Source: Lobosporangium transversale
Lineage: Eukaryota
NCBI RefSeq assembly: GCF_002105155.1
Contig: NW_019028997.1
Span: forward strand, 434,001 to 498,000
DNA length: 64,000 nucleotides
Reading direction: 5' to 3'
Shown here: positions 1-12,750 of the stretch, piece after piece
Layout of the letters: each line of letters begins with the position of its first letter
Position numbering within the stretch: the stretch's first letter is position 1
Position numbers and translations under genes: made by a program
The notes under the pieces: model-generated
Told to the model about the DNA's origin: nothing
The model's input: the letters and a program-made list of their open reading frames with translations, nothing else
The model's database searches: none

Positions 1-36
1 TGCAGGTGAGAAAGAATTTCTCGGGAAAGCTTACTC

Positions 37-73
<37 letters not shown>

Positions 74-798
74 TTATTATTATACAAACCTTTACTGATA
101 AAGTCTCTTTTGCAACCTCAATATTCATATAGGTTTACAACGTCACAACTGGCCGCTTCCTGTTCCAAGACAAATATTATGGTCGGAAGCTGACAAAAGA
201 AACATTACCACTCACCTTGCGCGAATTCTTATTTAACGGAGAGAAAGTTATCCTGAACCATATTCCACCGCTGCAGAGGAAGTTGAGGGGTCTTGCCAGG
301 ATCATCAAGAACCTCGTAGGATACCGCTTTTATTCCAGCAGTCTACTCATTTACTATGACGGAGTCACTGGAATGTCCCATCATAGTAACAACAGCTCTC
401 CAAGAGCAGAGCCATTAGACCAAATGTCCTCATCATCTGCTGTGGAACCACCATCAGGCACACCGATGATCACAAAAACAGAACCTTTAGGGACTTCCTC
501 GAATAGATCGTTGGAACGTCTCCATACCCGTCAAAATTCCAAAAGATTTCAGGATCATTGCAGGACAGATCTTAAAGTCATTGATTTTGCGCATTGTACA
601 GCGGGTATTTTCGAAGAGGGTAACATACCGCCCTACCCGCCGATGCATCCAGATGAGCCTGACAAAGGATATTTGCTCGGCTTGAAGAACCTAATGATGA
701 TTTTCCGCGATATCTGGGACCAAAATGGTGGCGATAAGGCGATTTCACAGGCATGGCTCAAGGAGGAAGAGGAACTTTGGGCAGGAGTCTGGGACTAA
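1..798 (+). CDS. Inositol polyphosphate kinase (IP6K/Kcs1-like), 3' portion; intron 6-132, last exon 133-798
   Basis: Spliced (M)Q|VYNVTTG...FQDKYYGRKL; IPK-family motifs YRFYSSSLLIYYD, LKVIDFAH and PDKGYLLGL. The 5' end lies outside the window. Confidence 0.88.
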
Positions 799-1212
799 GC
801 AACCTGCATCATTTATTTTACTCTATTTTTTTTTTTTTTTATCTGATCACTTGTTTTTTTTTACTTTTTTCTTTTACATATTTTCTAGCAACATTGTTTT
901 AGCTCCTTTCATATTTTTTTATGAGTCTATTTGTTCATTTCATATCCTATTTGTATAGTCCTTCTTTCTTTCGCATCTTTGTACAATAGTAATTGTAACT
1001 CACAAGACACATTTATTTTTTTACTTTCCTTTGAACCATTGATGATGATGTTTATGCTATTTGCGAACCACATCTGATAAACAATCTATCCTTTTCCTTT
1101 TTTTTTTTCGTATGGTGGTCCACAATGGTTTTCAAGGACACTCCAGATGCACGTGAAAGTGAAGGCTCATTTTTTTTCTTGCTTTGATTTTCATTCTTGG
1201 CATTCATGGCCA

Positions 1213-1243
<31 letters not shown>

Positions 1244-1384
1244 GTAAATAAAAATAAAAAAAAATTATAAAAGAAAAAAATATTTATAATTGGGTATCAA
1301 TGTATACATTAATATGTATATCATTTTGATCAAGTAAAGAAAAAAAAAAGAAAAAAAGGCTATTATTCCTCCTTTTCCTCCTCT

Positions 1385-4300
1385 TTAGGGTTTGATTACT
1401 TTCTGTAGGACAGGAATCACCAACTGGCGTTGCATATCACCAAATGTGACCTGAATCGTGATTTTGTCGGTTCCATCCCATTCTTGTTGTGCTCTATTTG
1501 TATTTGTATTTATATTTCCCCTAGTGATCGTTGTGGGGAGGAAGGGAGGCAAGTAGCGTATCCTGGACAGTGCTGTGTTGAGTTGTGCCATCGTCACATT
1601 CTCTCCTAGATCCATCTCAACCCGTCGCGTACCTGCCGCAGACGCATCCATGACTATGTAACCTTCCTGAACAACGATCAGGATGGCAGCCCTTTTTGTA
1701 ATGAGCGTGTTGTTACTAAACTCTGTAGTAGTAGCAGTAGCAGTAATAGTAGCACTATTAGTCCCTCCTCTTACAAAAACTGCATCTATTCCTCGGAACG
1801 CTCCAGGTACTTTTTCAAACAATGAATTCATAGGTGTCATTGAGGTCGTAAGAGAAGAAGAAGAAGAAGAAGACGACTTGGTCATAGGATAGACCAGTTT
1901 TTCAGGTCCTTGTAATGTCGGTGCTGATGACGATGACGATGATCCTCGAGTAAACAGGTCCAATCCCCAAAGCTTGATAGCCGTTGCAACCACACTACCA
2001 TCCTCAATTGGTTTCCTACTGGTCACCTTTCCATACAAATGAAGCCCAATACCATGTTGTTCCACTCTTTGAATTTCCTCTTCTGCGTTTGAGCTTCGTC
2101 GAATGGCTCCTTCAACCTCTCTCCAGTTATAAGGGTAAAGAACTGCACGGTTCAAGATACTCAATCCAGTGTTCTCTAATGCAGCCCGATGATCTCTCAC
2201 ATAGATTGTAAAAGCCTTGGGCCCCCCACAGTTGAAACATTCTGGATCATAGTTTGTCACTGTGAAGTAACTGTCCGCGATATGTCGGAACATGGATCTC
2301 CCACGCTGGAACCGCATGACCCCATTAGCCAGATAGGTGTTCTTATCGTCCAAAGTCCATGCACGATCACTTTCTGTGTCAGACATGTCCGATCCAATAA
2401 ACTCGGTCATACCATCACCAGGAGCACGAACCCAGAGTGCATCCATGTCCATGTAAAGTCCTCCGTACTTGTACAGCGCCACCAAACGCAAGTAGTCAGC
2501 CAGATGAACAGGGAAAAACTTTCCAGCAGCCTCCCATTCCTCCCAGCGTGATAACCAATCCTCAGTGTTGGGACTAAAGAACCATTTGCGCCTCAAGAGC
2601 AATTCCTTTGAGAAGGATAGGACATGGAGTTGATAACCCTGCTGTGTGTACTCTGCAAAAAAGTCTCTGGGTAAAGTATTAGAGAGGATGATTAGGACTG
2701 CATTGGGGTTATGAACAAAGAGTGTCTCGATCGCTTGGAAATGACGAGGTTGCCATGTGGTCGCAGGGTCTGTGGTCCAAATAGCCCAATGCAGCCTTGC
2801 CCAATCATCCGTATCAGAGTAGATACTACTGGCATCCGTTAACAAGCCCGGGAGGATCCATTCGTCTTTTTTACTGAGTGCTGGCATAGGATCCTTGATA
2901 TCGACATAGGCCTTGCCCTGGTAGAGTCCATGTTTGTTGATGTTGGTGATCCCTTTGACACTGTCGCATGCCACGCCCCAGTCTCTCCAGTGGTTGTTCC
3001 GGCCTACACAAGAATAACAAGCTGCACAATAAAATTGCCGGAATCCATGACATAAAGGTCGACCCTCCTGAATGTTTTTATACATATCATGCATAGACTC
3101 AAGTGGGGTGAATGAATCACTAAAATGTTTAGCAATCATATCGTTCTCACAGACATCCCACTGCTGAATCCGTCGATCATGAATAGGTTTGATATTGTAA
3201 GCGTGGAGCCAGATCCCGATGTTTTGGTCCTCATTCTTAGTGAAGAAGCGTGGGCCAGGGTAAGTAAGAAGGGTGACAACGTCTCGGGAGAAGATGTAAA
3301 GTGATCCTGCAACAAATGGTGGGAAAACGCCTAGTTTGAAATGGTTCTCAATATTTTTATTTTCTGGGTTGGTAATAGGTTTAATATCCCTATCATTGTA
3401 GAAAAAAAAAAAAAAAAAAAAAAAAAAAGGTAATAGCGAGGCATTAAGTAAAAAAAAAACTCCTCCATGGTTTAAATTACTGCGAGCCCTTAAAAAAATA
3501 ATAATAAAGGCCTTACCAGTAACCAAGGCCTCGCCAATAATAATGAGTCGGTCCAAGATCCACCAGCTCCTGAGCAACTACATCCCAGCGGACAAAGATA
3601 TCATCATCTGTCTTGCACAAAAAATCAAATCTGAACTTGTTACTCCACTCCAAAGCCTTGAACACTTTTAGACTTAAATCCTCATAAGTATCCGAGACAG
3701 GCAAAATAAGAAGATCATCGTGTCGGTCCTGTTCTTCTCGGATTTTGGGGCCCATGATCTCCTTCGCTTTAGCGTTGGGTGGTTCTCCCAAAATAAACTT
3801 GTACTTGAATGTAAATTGGGAAGAGGATGGTGGTAGCAATCGAAGGGTTGATTCTCGAAACACCTGCCGTTTCTGAAATCCTTTGGGAGTCCATGAGGTC
3901 AAGATCAAGATCAAGATTTGAGTCTGTGCAGTGCCCATGATTTGCTTTGCTGCGTTGAGAGAAGCGATGGTTGTGGCTCCAGTGGAGGCCAAAATTTCAG
4001 CAGAGGAGGGACGAGTGTTGTTTTGATGGAGAAGCATCATCATAGTAAGAAATGAGATAACGCCACCTGGGATAAGGACTGTGCGTAGAATGATGATACG
4101 AGGATCGAGGCCAACACTACCGACATTGCCATTGTGCTGATAAGGAAGACTATAGTCCCGATCCCGATCCCGATCCCGATCATAATCAAGTGGGCGTGAG
4201 TTATGTTTATACATGCCTCTAAATCGATAATGGATCGTTTGAATGATTTGAGCCACTGCAAGGATAGCACAGATGGCCATCCATGGCCAGATCGGTTCGT

Positions 4301-4868
4301 CTACACCAAAATAACTGACAAATGAAGCGACAGAGAACCAGAAGATGGTAGCGAGAGTGAACAATCGAATGATGGCATGTCGAGGTTCATAACGAATAAA
4401 CCATCGGCGGATCAAATTGTTGGTAAACCACACACCCCATAGTCCACCGAGCATACACTAATATGGGTGGTAAACCAAAAAAAAAAAAAAAAAAAAAAAA
4501 ACATGTTGAATTTTTCAATTCGTGAATGTCTTTTTTTTTTTTTTTCTTGGAAAGACTTACCCAGAGTATCCCAACGTAATTATCGAGTGCAGAGCTCTTC
4601 ATGGTCATGAGCTCACGGGCATCCCTGTATTGGACACGCTTGGCTTGTTGTAGATGAATGTAAATACCCCATAGTGCTGGACATATACATAGCATACGGA
4701 GGATTGCACTGACTCTAGCATATTTGATGGGTATATCCCGTACGGAATATAGAGATGGCCGAGACTATAAATTTTTTTTGTCAGTTATTTTATATTTCCT
4801 CACCCTTTTGATTGAACTGATTCTAAGATAAAACATCCCTGTATTCTCCTTACAAGTGGCATGGTCAT
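1385..4868 (-). CDS. Multidomain glycosyltransferase: EOS1-like membrane domain + GT31 (Galactosyl_T) + GT32 (Gly_transf_sug) + C-terminal Ig/cadherin-like domain; exons 4868-4854, 4764-4561, 4457-3517, 3389-1385
   Basis: GT-AG introns join the ORFs in frame (MTMPL|SRPS, ILW|CML, YW|DIKP). GT31 motifs: ILILTS, DTYEDLSLKV, KTDDDIFV, EDQNIGIWL. GT32 motif: ADYLRLVALYKYGGLYMDMD. N-terminal hydrophobic helices carry RRWFIRYEPRHAIIRL, recalled as EOS1-like. Confidence 0.85.
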
Positions 4869-5508
4869 CCAATCTATCCTGATATCCTTCCTTCTCCCTT
4901 GTCAGTTGTTGGTACTGCACGAATGAGGGTGAGAGGTTGGATGTGTCGTGTTGCTTGATCAATCCGTTCTGTTCTGATCTACCCTGTTCCTGAGCTGCAC
5001 AAAAGGTGATGATGAGGGTAAAACAGCTAATTTAGTGATGTTGATGAAGGAAAACAAGATGGGACTGGGGGACTAGAAATAAGTCCTCTTAATAGTTCAG
5101 CTTGAAGGAAAGTGAGGCGGTCCAATAAAAAAAAAAGGTATGATAGGTGCCTGATTTGTTCTCTCCTTTCTCTAATTGCACAGCCCGCAATAGTTGTAAT
5201 TAATTTTGCAGCAAGGAAAATACTTTTCTTGAATATAATTATTTCAATTAAAAATCAGACTGAAAGTCTCGTACATCATAATTACATAGAAGATGACGGA
5301 GCCTTTATTGATGCCCATTATGAATAATGCCTACATAAGCGGTTTTTCCAGGAAACGAATTGGGGATATGAAAAGAAAGGGTAGTGAATGTGACTTTAGT
5401 TTCAGGTTTTAGAACACATCTTTTGTGGGGTCAATTCATTTATTTTTATGGTCAATTCCACTATGAATTTTGCTTCGTTACCTTGAGCAAGTGGTTGTAG
5501 ATCACTGA

Positions 5509-6068
5509 CAGTGACCTGTACTGATGTACTTAACATACGTATATACTGAAGTTTTTTTCAGTAAATTTTTACTTATTATTTACTGATTTTTTACTTATTA
5601 TTTACTTAAACATCGGTAAAAAAGAAAGTAAATTTTGAGTAAAACAAAAGTAAGTACTTACTGAAATTTACCGAAAATATACTTTTTACTTACTTTTGTT
5701 TTACTGATATTTACTGGAAATATACTTTTGTTTTACTGAAATTTACTCAAAATTTACTTTTCTTACTTTTCTTTCAGGGGGGCATATACGGGAAATTCAA
5801 GTGCAGGCCCGCCGAAAGAAAAGTAAGAAAAGTAAATTTTGAGTAAAACAAAAGTAAATTTTGGGTAAAACAAAAGTAAATTTTGAGTAAAACAAAAGTA
5901 AATTTTCAGTAAAACAAAAGTATATTTTCGGTAAATTTCAGTAAGTACTTACTTTTGTTTTACTCAAAATTTACTTTCTTTTTTACCGATGTTTAAGTAA
6001 ATAATAAGTAAAAATTTACTGAAAAAAAACTTCAGTACGTATGTTAAGTACATCAGTACAGGTCACTG
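5509..6068. mobile_element. Foldback/MITE-type non-autonomous DNA element (about 560 bp, almost entirely palindromic), probably hAT-related
   Basis: TIR CAGTGACCTGTACTGATGTACTTAACATACGTA at 5509 with its reverse complement ending at 6068; internal tandem GTAAAACAAAAGTAAATTTT units; TGTAGATC at 5496-5503 and 6069-6076. Confidence 0.8.
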
Positions 6069-6516
6069 TGTAGATCTTCTCCTGAGTCTTGAACTCCTTA
6101 ATCTGGTCTTGCGCGCGGCAACAAAAATAGATGCGACCCTCGTCAGAGAAACTGTCCCACTTTTTTTTCTCGCAGAATTTTCAAAAATTCTTTGAGGGCT
6201 CCGCTTTTAATGCCACGATTCTTGTCCATGTCTATCGCAATCCGGAGTAGATATTTCTGTGCTTGTTAAAGGGTATTGCCCAAAGATATTTATTATCATG
6301 TGATATAGTTGTTGGAATTAAGTAAATCTAAGTTCAGAGGCGACTCTGCTACAAACAGTCAAATGAAATAAACGCGCCTTTGTTTGTTTTTGTTTATGTA
6401 TTTTCAACGCGTCTTGGTTGGATTCTTTATTTCCTCTTTGTTGCTGTTTAATTAATTCCTCCTTTATTGTCGACTCCTCTTTCTCATCGATTTCATCCTA
6501 AAGACCTTTACATCGA

Positions 6517-9500
6517 ATGAGTAGCAGGATCAAACGAAAAGCAACAGAGCGGTCTACAGCCTCAGGAATCGCTGCTCTGAGGGCTTCAAGAGCTGCTAGG
6601 GATTCAGGCATTACACGCATTCAGCAGTACGAGGTATACCTCATACTCTTATTATTTGTTGTTTTTATTACTATATACTGTTTACTAGTCATGGCTTTGT
6701 GAAAACGTATCCATATCTATGGGCTAATTCATTCAACTCAACACCATGGCAGGTTGATGAAGCAGAAGTATTATATGATGAAGTTGACGATCGATTGAGC
6801 AAGAAACTACGACAGGACTTTGATGATTTCGTAGAGGATGACGATGGTCGTGGCTACGCTTATGATGAAGATGAGGATGAGCGAGGGTTCTATTCTGATG
6901 AATATTCAGATGAAGGGACAACCAATAAAGGTACATATTCACCCTCTAGGATCACATTCACATACACATATATGCACGCACGTACGGATCCATATTTTCA
7001 AAAACAACTTACACATTCGATCTCGATAATGCTTAATAGGCTCTAAAAAAAATAACAAGGGCAAAGGCGTTATCAAGGAAGGCTCAAAACCCAAGGCTAA
7101 AGAGAATATCAAGGAAGCATTTATGAAGGCTGAATCAAAGCCAAAAGCGACCAAACCTTTAATGGTAAGAGAATGAAAATGAAACTCATTCAGTCAAACT
7201 GTCATACATTTTTATCTGATAAGCATCATCTATTTATATATAACATAGGCCAAGGCTCCTCAAGCAGATGATGGATTTATGGCATCCATTCTACAGGGGA
7301 TGGATGAATCACTCGACACAACGCCAACAAAAAAGCCAATGATGGCACCCAAGCGTGCTGTGATCAACACGCCTACAGTAAGTTTTTTTTTTTTTTTTTT
7401 TTTCTTTTTTACACACTTAAAAAAGAATGTAGCTCTGATCGCGACTGTATCCTATCATATGAACATAAGGATGTTTTGACTAAAATTTGCTTATAAATAT
7501 AGCGTGTTCTTATATCGAAAATGGAGCCTCTAAAGATTAAAGACGAGGAACTTGATGTGCCTCCTAAAAATTTCGCTTCCAGATTGAATGATGCAATGGA
7601 CGAATTTGATGATGGCTTTGATGATGGCTTTGATGATGGCTTTGATGACTATGGCGTTGTAGAGGAGACCCCGGAGCCGCAGATGGAAATTAAGCATAAT
7701 ATTAAGAAGGAAATTAAGCAGGAGCCCATTGATCTGAGCAACCCATTCCAAGCAAACTATCGCAAGAATGATGACGGGTTTTCGCCAGCAGTCAGGGATA
7801 TCACAGTGAAGGAATCCAAGGGACTTATGAATAACATTAATAACACAAATGTTAAAGAAAAGGCAACGGTCGTTAAGCAGTCAGAAAGTGACAACCGTCA
7901 GGACTGGATGACAGTCAACGACACTTTAAATCAATATACTGAACCTAAGGCCGAGGCAAACGATAATGCAGCGGATATTCAGGAAACCAACCTTAAAGAG
8001 GAAGATGGGACATTACGAATGTACTGGATCGATGCTTGTGAAGTCAAGGGAGTTGTGTATCTTTTTGGAAAGGTAGTTTTGTGTTATTTCAATCCTTCTA
8101 AGAGATCAATTATAGTCTGTATCCCAAGAGAAGGAAAGCTCTTCTTCATGTACTCAATCTAATAATGCCTGGTTGTCGACACTTTAGGTCTTACAAAAAG
8201 CAACAAACACCTTTATTAGCTGCTGTGTTGTAGTGCAGAATATGGAGCGCAACCTCTACGTCCTCCCGCGCCAACGACGAGTTGACGCTAACGGAAAAGA
8301 GACAGACATTGAAGTTGAAATGGCAGACGTATATACAGAGTTCGATAGTATCCGTCAACAATACAAAATTCCTACATGGCTTTCGAAGCCAGTTGAGAGA
8401 AAATATGCCTTTGATCTACCTGATATTCCTTCAGTGGCAGAATACCTCAAGGTCGTCTATAAGTATTCTAGTAAGTACATTATTGCCCTTGAGATGATGA
8501 GTTTCCCGTAGTTTGTTTGCTAATGATCTGTAAATGAATATTGCATTCTGTAGTGCCTAGTTTGCCTATGGATCTCAAGGGTGAAACATTTAGCCATGTC
8601 TTTGGCATAAACACAAGCGCTTTAGAACATTTTGTTATCAAACGTAACTTGATGGGACCTGCATGGTTGGAGATTAAGCAAGCCAAGATGAACAGCTCCA
8701 AGGTAACGAGATCACCAAGGCTGTCAAATCGACTTTGTACGCTAGGGGATATGAATGTGCAATCAAAATTCATAATAACGTATAATAACGAATACGATAT
8801 CTATAGGTGTCTTGGTGTAAGAGCGAGTTCACAGTCTCTGATCCGAAGGATATCATACCAATGAAAGAATCGCACGACATACCGCCGCCTCCACTCTGTG
8901 TTATGTCGCTAAGCTTAAGGACAATTCTCAACCCTAAAAACAAATCTAACGAGATCGTTGCTGTGAGCTTCTCTATCTACCATGAAGGTATATTGAATAT
9001 ATTACTGCTGTGTGTTATATTTGCCTATATATTTAAGCAAGTTTGTAATAATTATGTTATTTTACATGGCAGTCCGATTGGACGATCCAGTGGAGAGCAA
9101 TAAGAAATTGATTTCGAAACAGACACTGGTCCGTAAGCTTGACAATAGCCCTTTTCCGCCAGGATTTGATCGCATTATCGAAAGAAGCAAAGTAAAGATT
9201 ATCAAGCAAACTTCGGAACGCGCAATGCTTAACCTATTACTAGCACGTATGCTCAACTCGGATCCGGATGTAATTGTCGGACATAACTTTGTTGGCTTCG
9301 ACCTTGACGTGCTGCTCCACCGCATGAAGCAGACTAAAGTGGACCACTGGTCCAGTTTAGGAAGGCTTCGTCGAATTGTGTAAGGGCTTGCAGCAACTCA
9401 AGATAATGAAGCTTGCTGTATTCTTGTTTCCATTTACATTTTTTTTATTTGTTTATTTATTTATTTTCTTCAACATAGATGGCCCAAACTGCAAACAGGT

Positions 9501-10905
9501 GCTGGAGGGATGGGAGACACTACAGCACAGGAAAAGAGTATCATGGCTGGGCGTTTAATGTGCGATACATACCTTGGGGCCAAGGAGCATCTTCGAGCCA
9601 AGAGTTACAGTCTTACGAACCTGGTAGACGTACAACTGCATAAAGAACGAGAGGATATTGATTATGAAAAGACCCCTATGTGCTTCAACAATGCGGAGCA
9701 GCTGGAAAAAATGTTGAACCATGCTAATTTCGACACCTACTTGTGCGCGGAGCTCATGTTCTCACTCCAATTGCTCCCATTATCAAGGCAACTGACGACA
9801 CTGTCAGGTAACCTGTGGTCCATGACCTTGACAGCTGGTCGCGCTGTACGCAACGAATATCTGCTGCTGCACGAGTTCCATAAGAACAAATATATTTGTC
9901 CAGATAAGACATTTTCCAAGGATAGTAAGAATATTCTAGCACCCATGTTGGTTGCTGGTGACGATATGGATGATCAGGACGAGGCCACAATGCCTAAAAA
10001 AGGAACGAGACGCAAGCCTCAGTATGCTGGAGGACTTGTTCTGGAACCCAAGAAAGGCCTTTACGACAAATATGTGCTGTTGCTCGACTTTAACAGTTTG
10101 TATCCTTCCATTATCCAGGAATATAATATTTGCTTTACTACCGTTAATAAGAATAAGGATAGAGATGAAGATGCCCTACCGGATTATCCTGAGGAAGGTT
10201 TGCCACAGGGCATTCTCCCAAAATTACTTGCGAATCTTGTGGAGCGTCGACGGGAGGTCAAGAAATTGATGAAGACTGCATCTAGAGCCAAATATGAAGA
10301 ATACGATATTCGGCAAAAAGGTCTCAAGCTGACGGCCAATTCGATGTATGGATGTTTGGGCGCGACATATTCTCGATTCCATGCAAAGCCACTTGCAATG
10401 CTAATTACGTCCAGAGGACGAGAGATTCTACAAAATACAGTTGATCTTGCAACCGAGAAAGGACTTGATGTAAGTGTCTTTGACTTGTAGCCCACAATCA
10501 CAGATTTGTAACGTACAATGCTTCTTCAGAATTATTGAACTAACATAAATATATGTGTAATGCTTGTCTATTCATAAACAGGTAATATATGGTGACACTG
10601 ATTCAATCATGATTAACACAAACACGACAAAAATTGAAGAAGTAAAGCCTATAGCTGAAGGGTTGAAGAAGCTTGTCAATGCTCGATACAAGTTGTTGGA
10701 GATTGAAATGGATGGCATATACCAACGCATGCTGCTGTTGAAGAAAAAGAAGTATGCAGCGCTGAAGGTGGAAGAGAAGGATGGCAATTTTGAGACTGTA
10801 AAAGAAACCAAAGGTCTTGACATGGTCCGACGAGACTGGTGTGGATTGAGTCACGATGTCTCCGAGTAAGTTTTGATATGGCGTTTTGTTGATTTGTGTA
10901 TGCTT

Positions 10906-10940
<35 letters not shown>

Positions 10941-11510
10941 AAAGTACCTTTCATATGGATATTAGCACTATTTTAGATCTAATTTTATCAGGCGATAACC
11001 AAGACAGGGAACAAGTTGTTGAGAAGATCCATAGCCATCTACGAAAAGTTGCCGAGGAAACGCGGAAAGGCATCATCCCCATTGATAAATTTATTGTGAA
11101 CAAGGTAAGTAAACTGACTGGACCCTTTAAATTATTAATTCATTGGTTATGTTCGTCGATGCGGCCCAAGTTATATCTCTGATTCCATTTTCACTCATTA
11201 TCTCTGAAATCAGGGCCTGACAAAAGCACCAGAAGATTACGCAGATGCAAGGTCACAACCACATGTACAAGTCGCTCTTCGACGCATGCGTAAAGGAATC
11301 AGTATTAGAGCAGGAGATACTGTTCCATATGTTATCTGTATCAATGAAAATGCGCCGACACAAAAGGGTAGCTATGCAGAACGCGCATACCACCCAGAGG
11401 AGATGCTACAGCCTGACTCGGGACTTTCCATTGGTAACAATGCACATTATGATCCTCGTGTCTTTGGCTTTAAAATAATGGAAAAAATGGCTGATACATC
11501 ATCTATTACC

Positions 11511-11543
<33 letters not shown>

Positions 11544-12188
11544 TTTTTAGATTTTGAATACTACTTGAATCAACAAGTTTATCCGCCTGTAGAAAGATTG
11601 TGTGGTCCGATTGAGGGAACTGATGCTACTAGATTAGCAGACTGTCTTGGTTTAGATACATCAAAATTCAGAGCGGTCGTTAGGACGGATGGTCAAGAGG
11701 AGGAATTTCAGACTTTGGCTTCGCAGTTGTCAGATGCAGAGCGTTATAAGGGTGCAGAGGCCTTTGAGCTGCGTTGTAGAGGTTGTCAATCAAGCTACAA
11801 GTGCTCGGCTCTAGCAATGGAAATGGTAAACACATAAAACATAAAACCCATGTCCTGATTAATGGAAGAATGAACAGACCCTGTTAGAAAAGCAAAGACT
11901 GATTTTCATTTATTATTTTTTATATTTAGGATTCAACAAGTTACTTTGGACTTCAGTGTCCCAACTGTATGACAATTGCTCAACCAGCATCAGCATGCGT
12001 GCAATTGATAGGAGCCATCCGTAAATACATTCATAAATATTATCAAGGATGGGTAATATGCGATGAACAGTCATGTCGCAATAGAACGAGAATGGTCAGT
12101 GTTGTTGGACGGCGTTGTCTAGTTGATGGTTGTCGTGGTACCATGCACAATGAGGTAAGCTACACTTTATATTTGTTTGACTTCCTTT

Positions 12189-12222
<34 letters not shown>

Positions 12223-12552
12223 GATATACATATCTATATCTATATCTATATCTATATATACTGTCTCAAAGCAAGTTGTCCCTTACTAATGAAGACTTGT
12301 GTTTATTTTTTCTAGTACTCGGATGGAAGCCTATATACCCAGATATCGTTCTTTAGCCACATCTTTGACACCGACAAGGCTCTATCCAAGATCGACTTTG
12401 AGAAGAACGGAGCCATCAGAGTTCAGATTGAGCAGAACAGGGAATTGATAAGGCTACTCAAGGCACAAGCTGACAAATACATTGACAAGAGCGCGCGTCG
12501 CTTTGTTGACTTGTCCCAGCTATTTAGTTTTGTTAAGATTACTCCTCCTTGA
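6517..12552 (+). CDS. POL1: DNA polymerase alpha catalytic subunit (multi-exon)
   Basis: Family B motifs [43 protein letters not shown] and VIYGDTDS; Pol alpha N-terminal [13 protein letters not shown]-terminal zinc fingers (CRGC...CPNC, CDEQSC...CLVDGC); stop TGA at 12550-12552. Confidence 0.97.
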
Positions 12553-12750
12553 GCCTTAATTGATTGCGTCTGGCTATCCCTTCGCTAGAATAAAACTTTG
12601 TAAAAAAAAAAAAAAAAAAAGAAAAGAAAAAAAAAAAGAATTTGTTCATGTTAAAATACTGTCGAGGGACCAGACTTTCTCTTGAGTACTGGTGCCAACT
12701 GCACTCACTTTCATTTCTTCATACTCCGTATGCCAATGTTTGTACATGTA

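Noticed and set aside
5540..6040. Spaced repeats as a CRISPR-like array
   Set aside because: Eukaryotic context, no unique spacers; they are subterminal repeats of a foldback element.
6517..12552. Fragmented POL1 ORFs as a pseudogene or intein-containing gene
   Set aside because: The breaks examined coincide with GT-AG introns and the catalytic motifs are intact.
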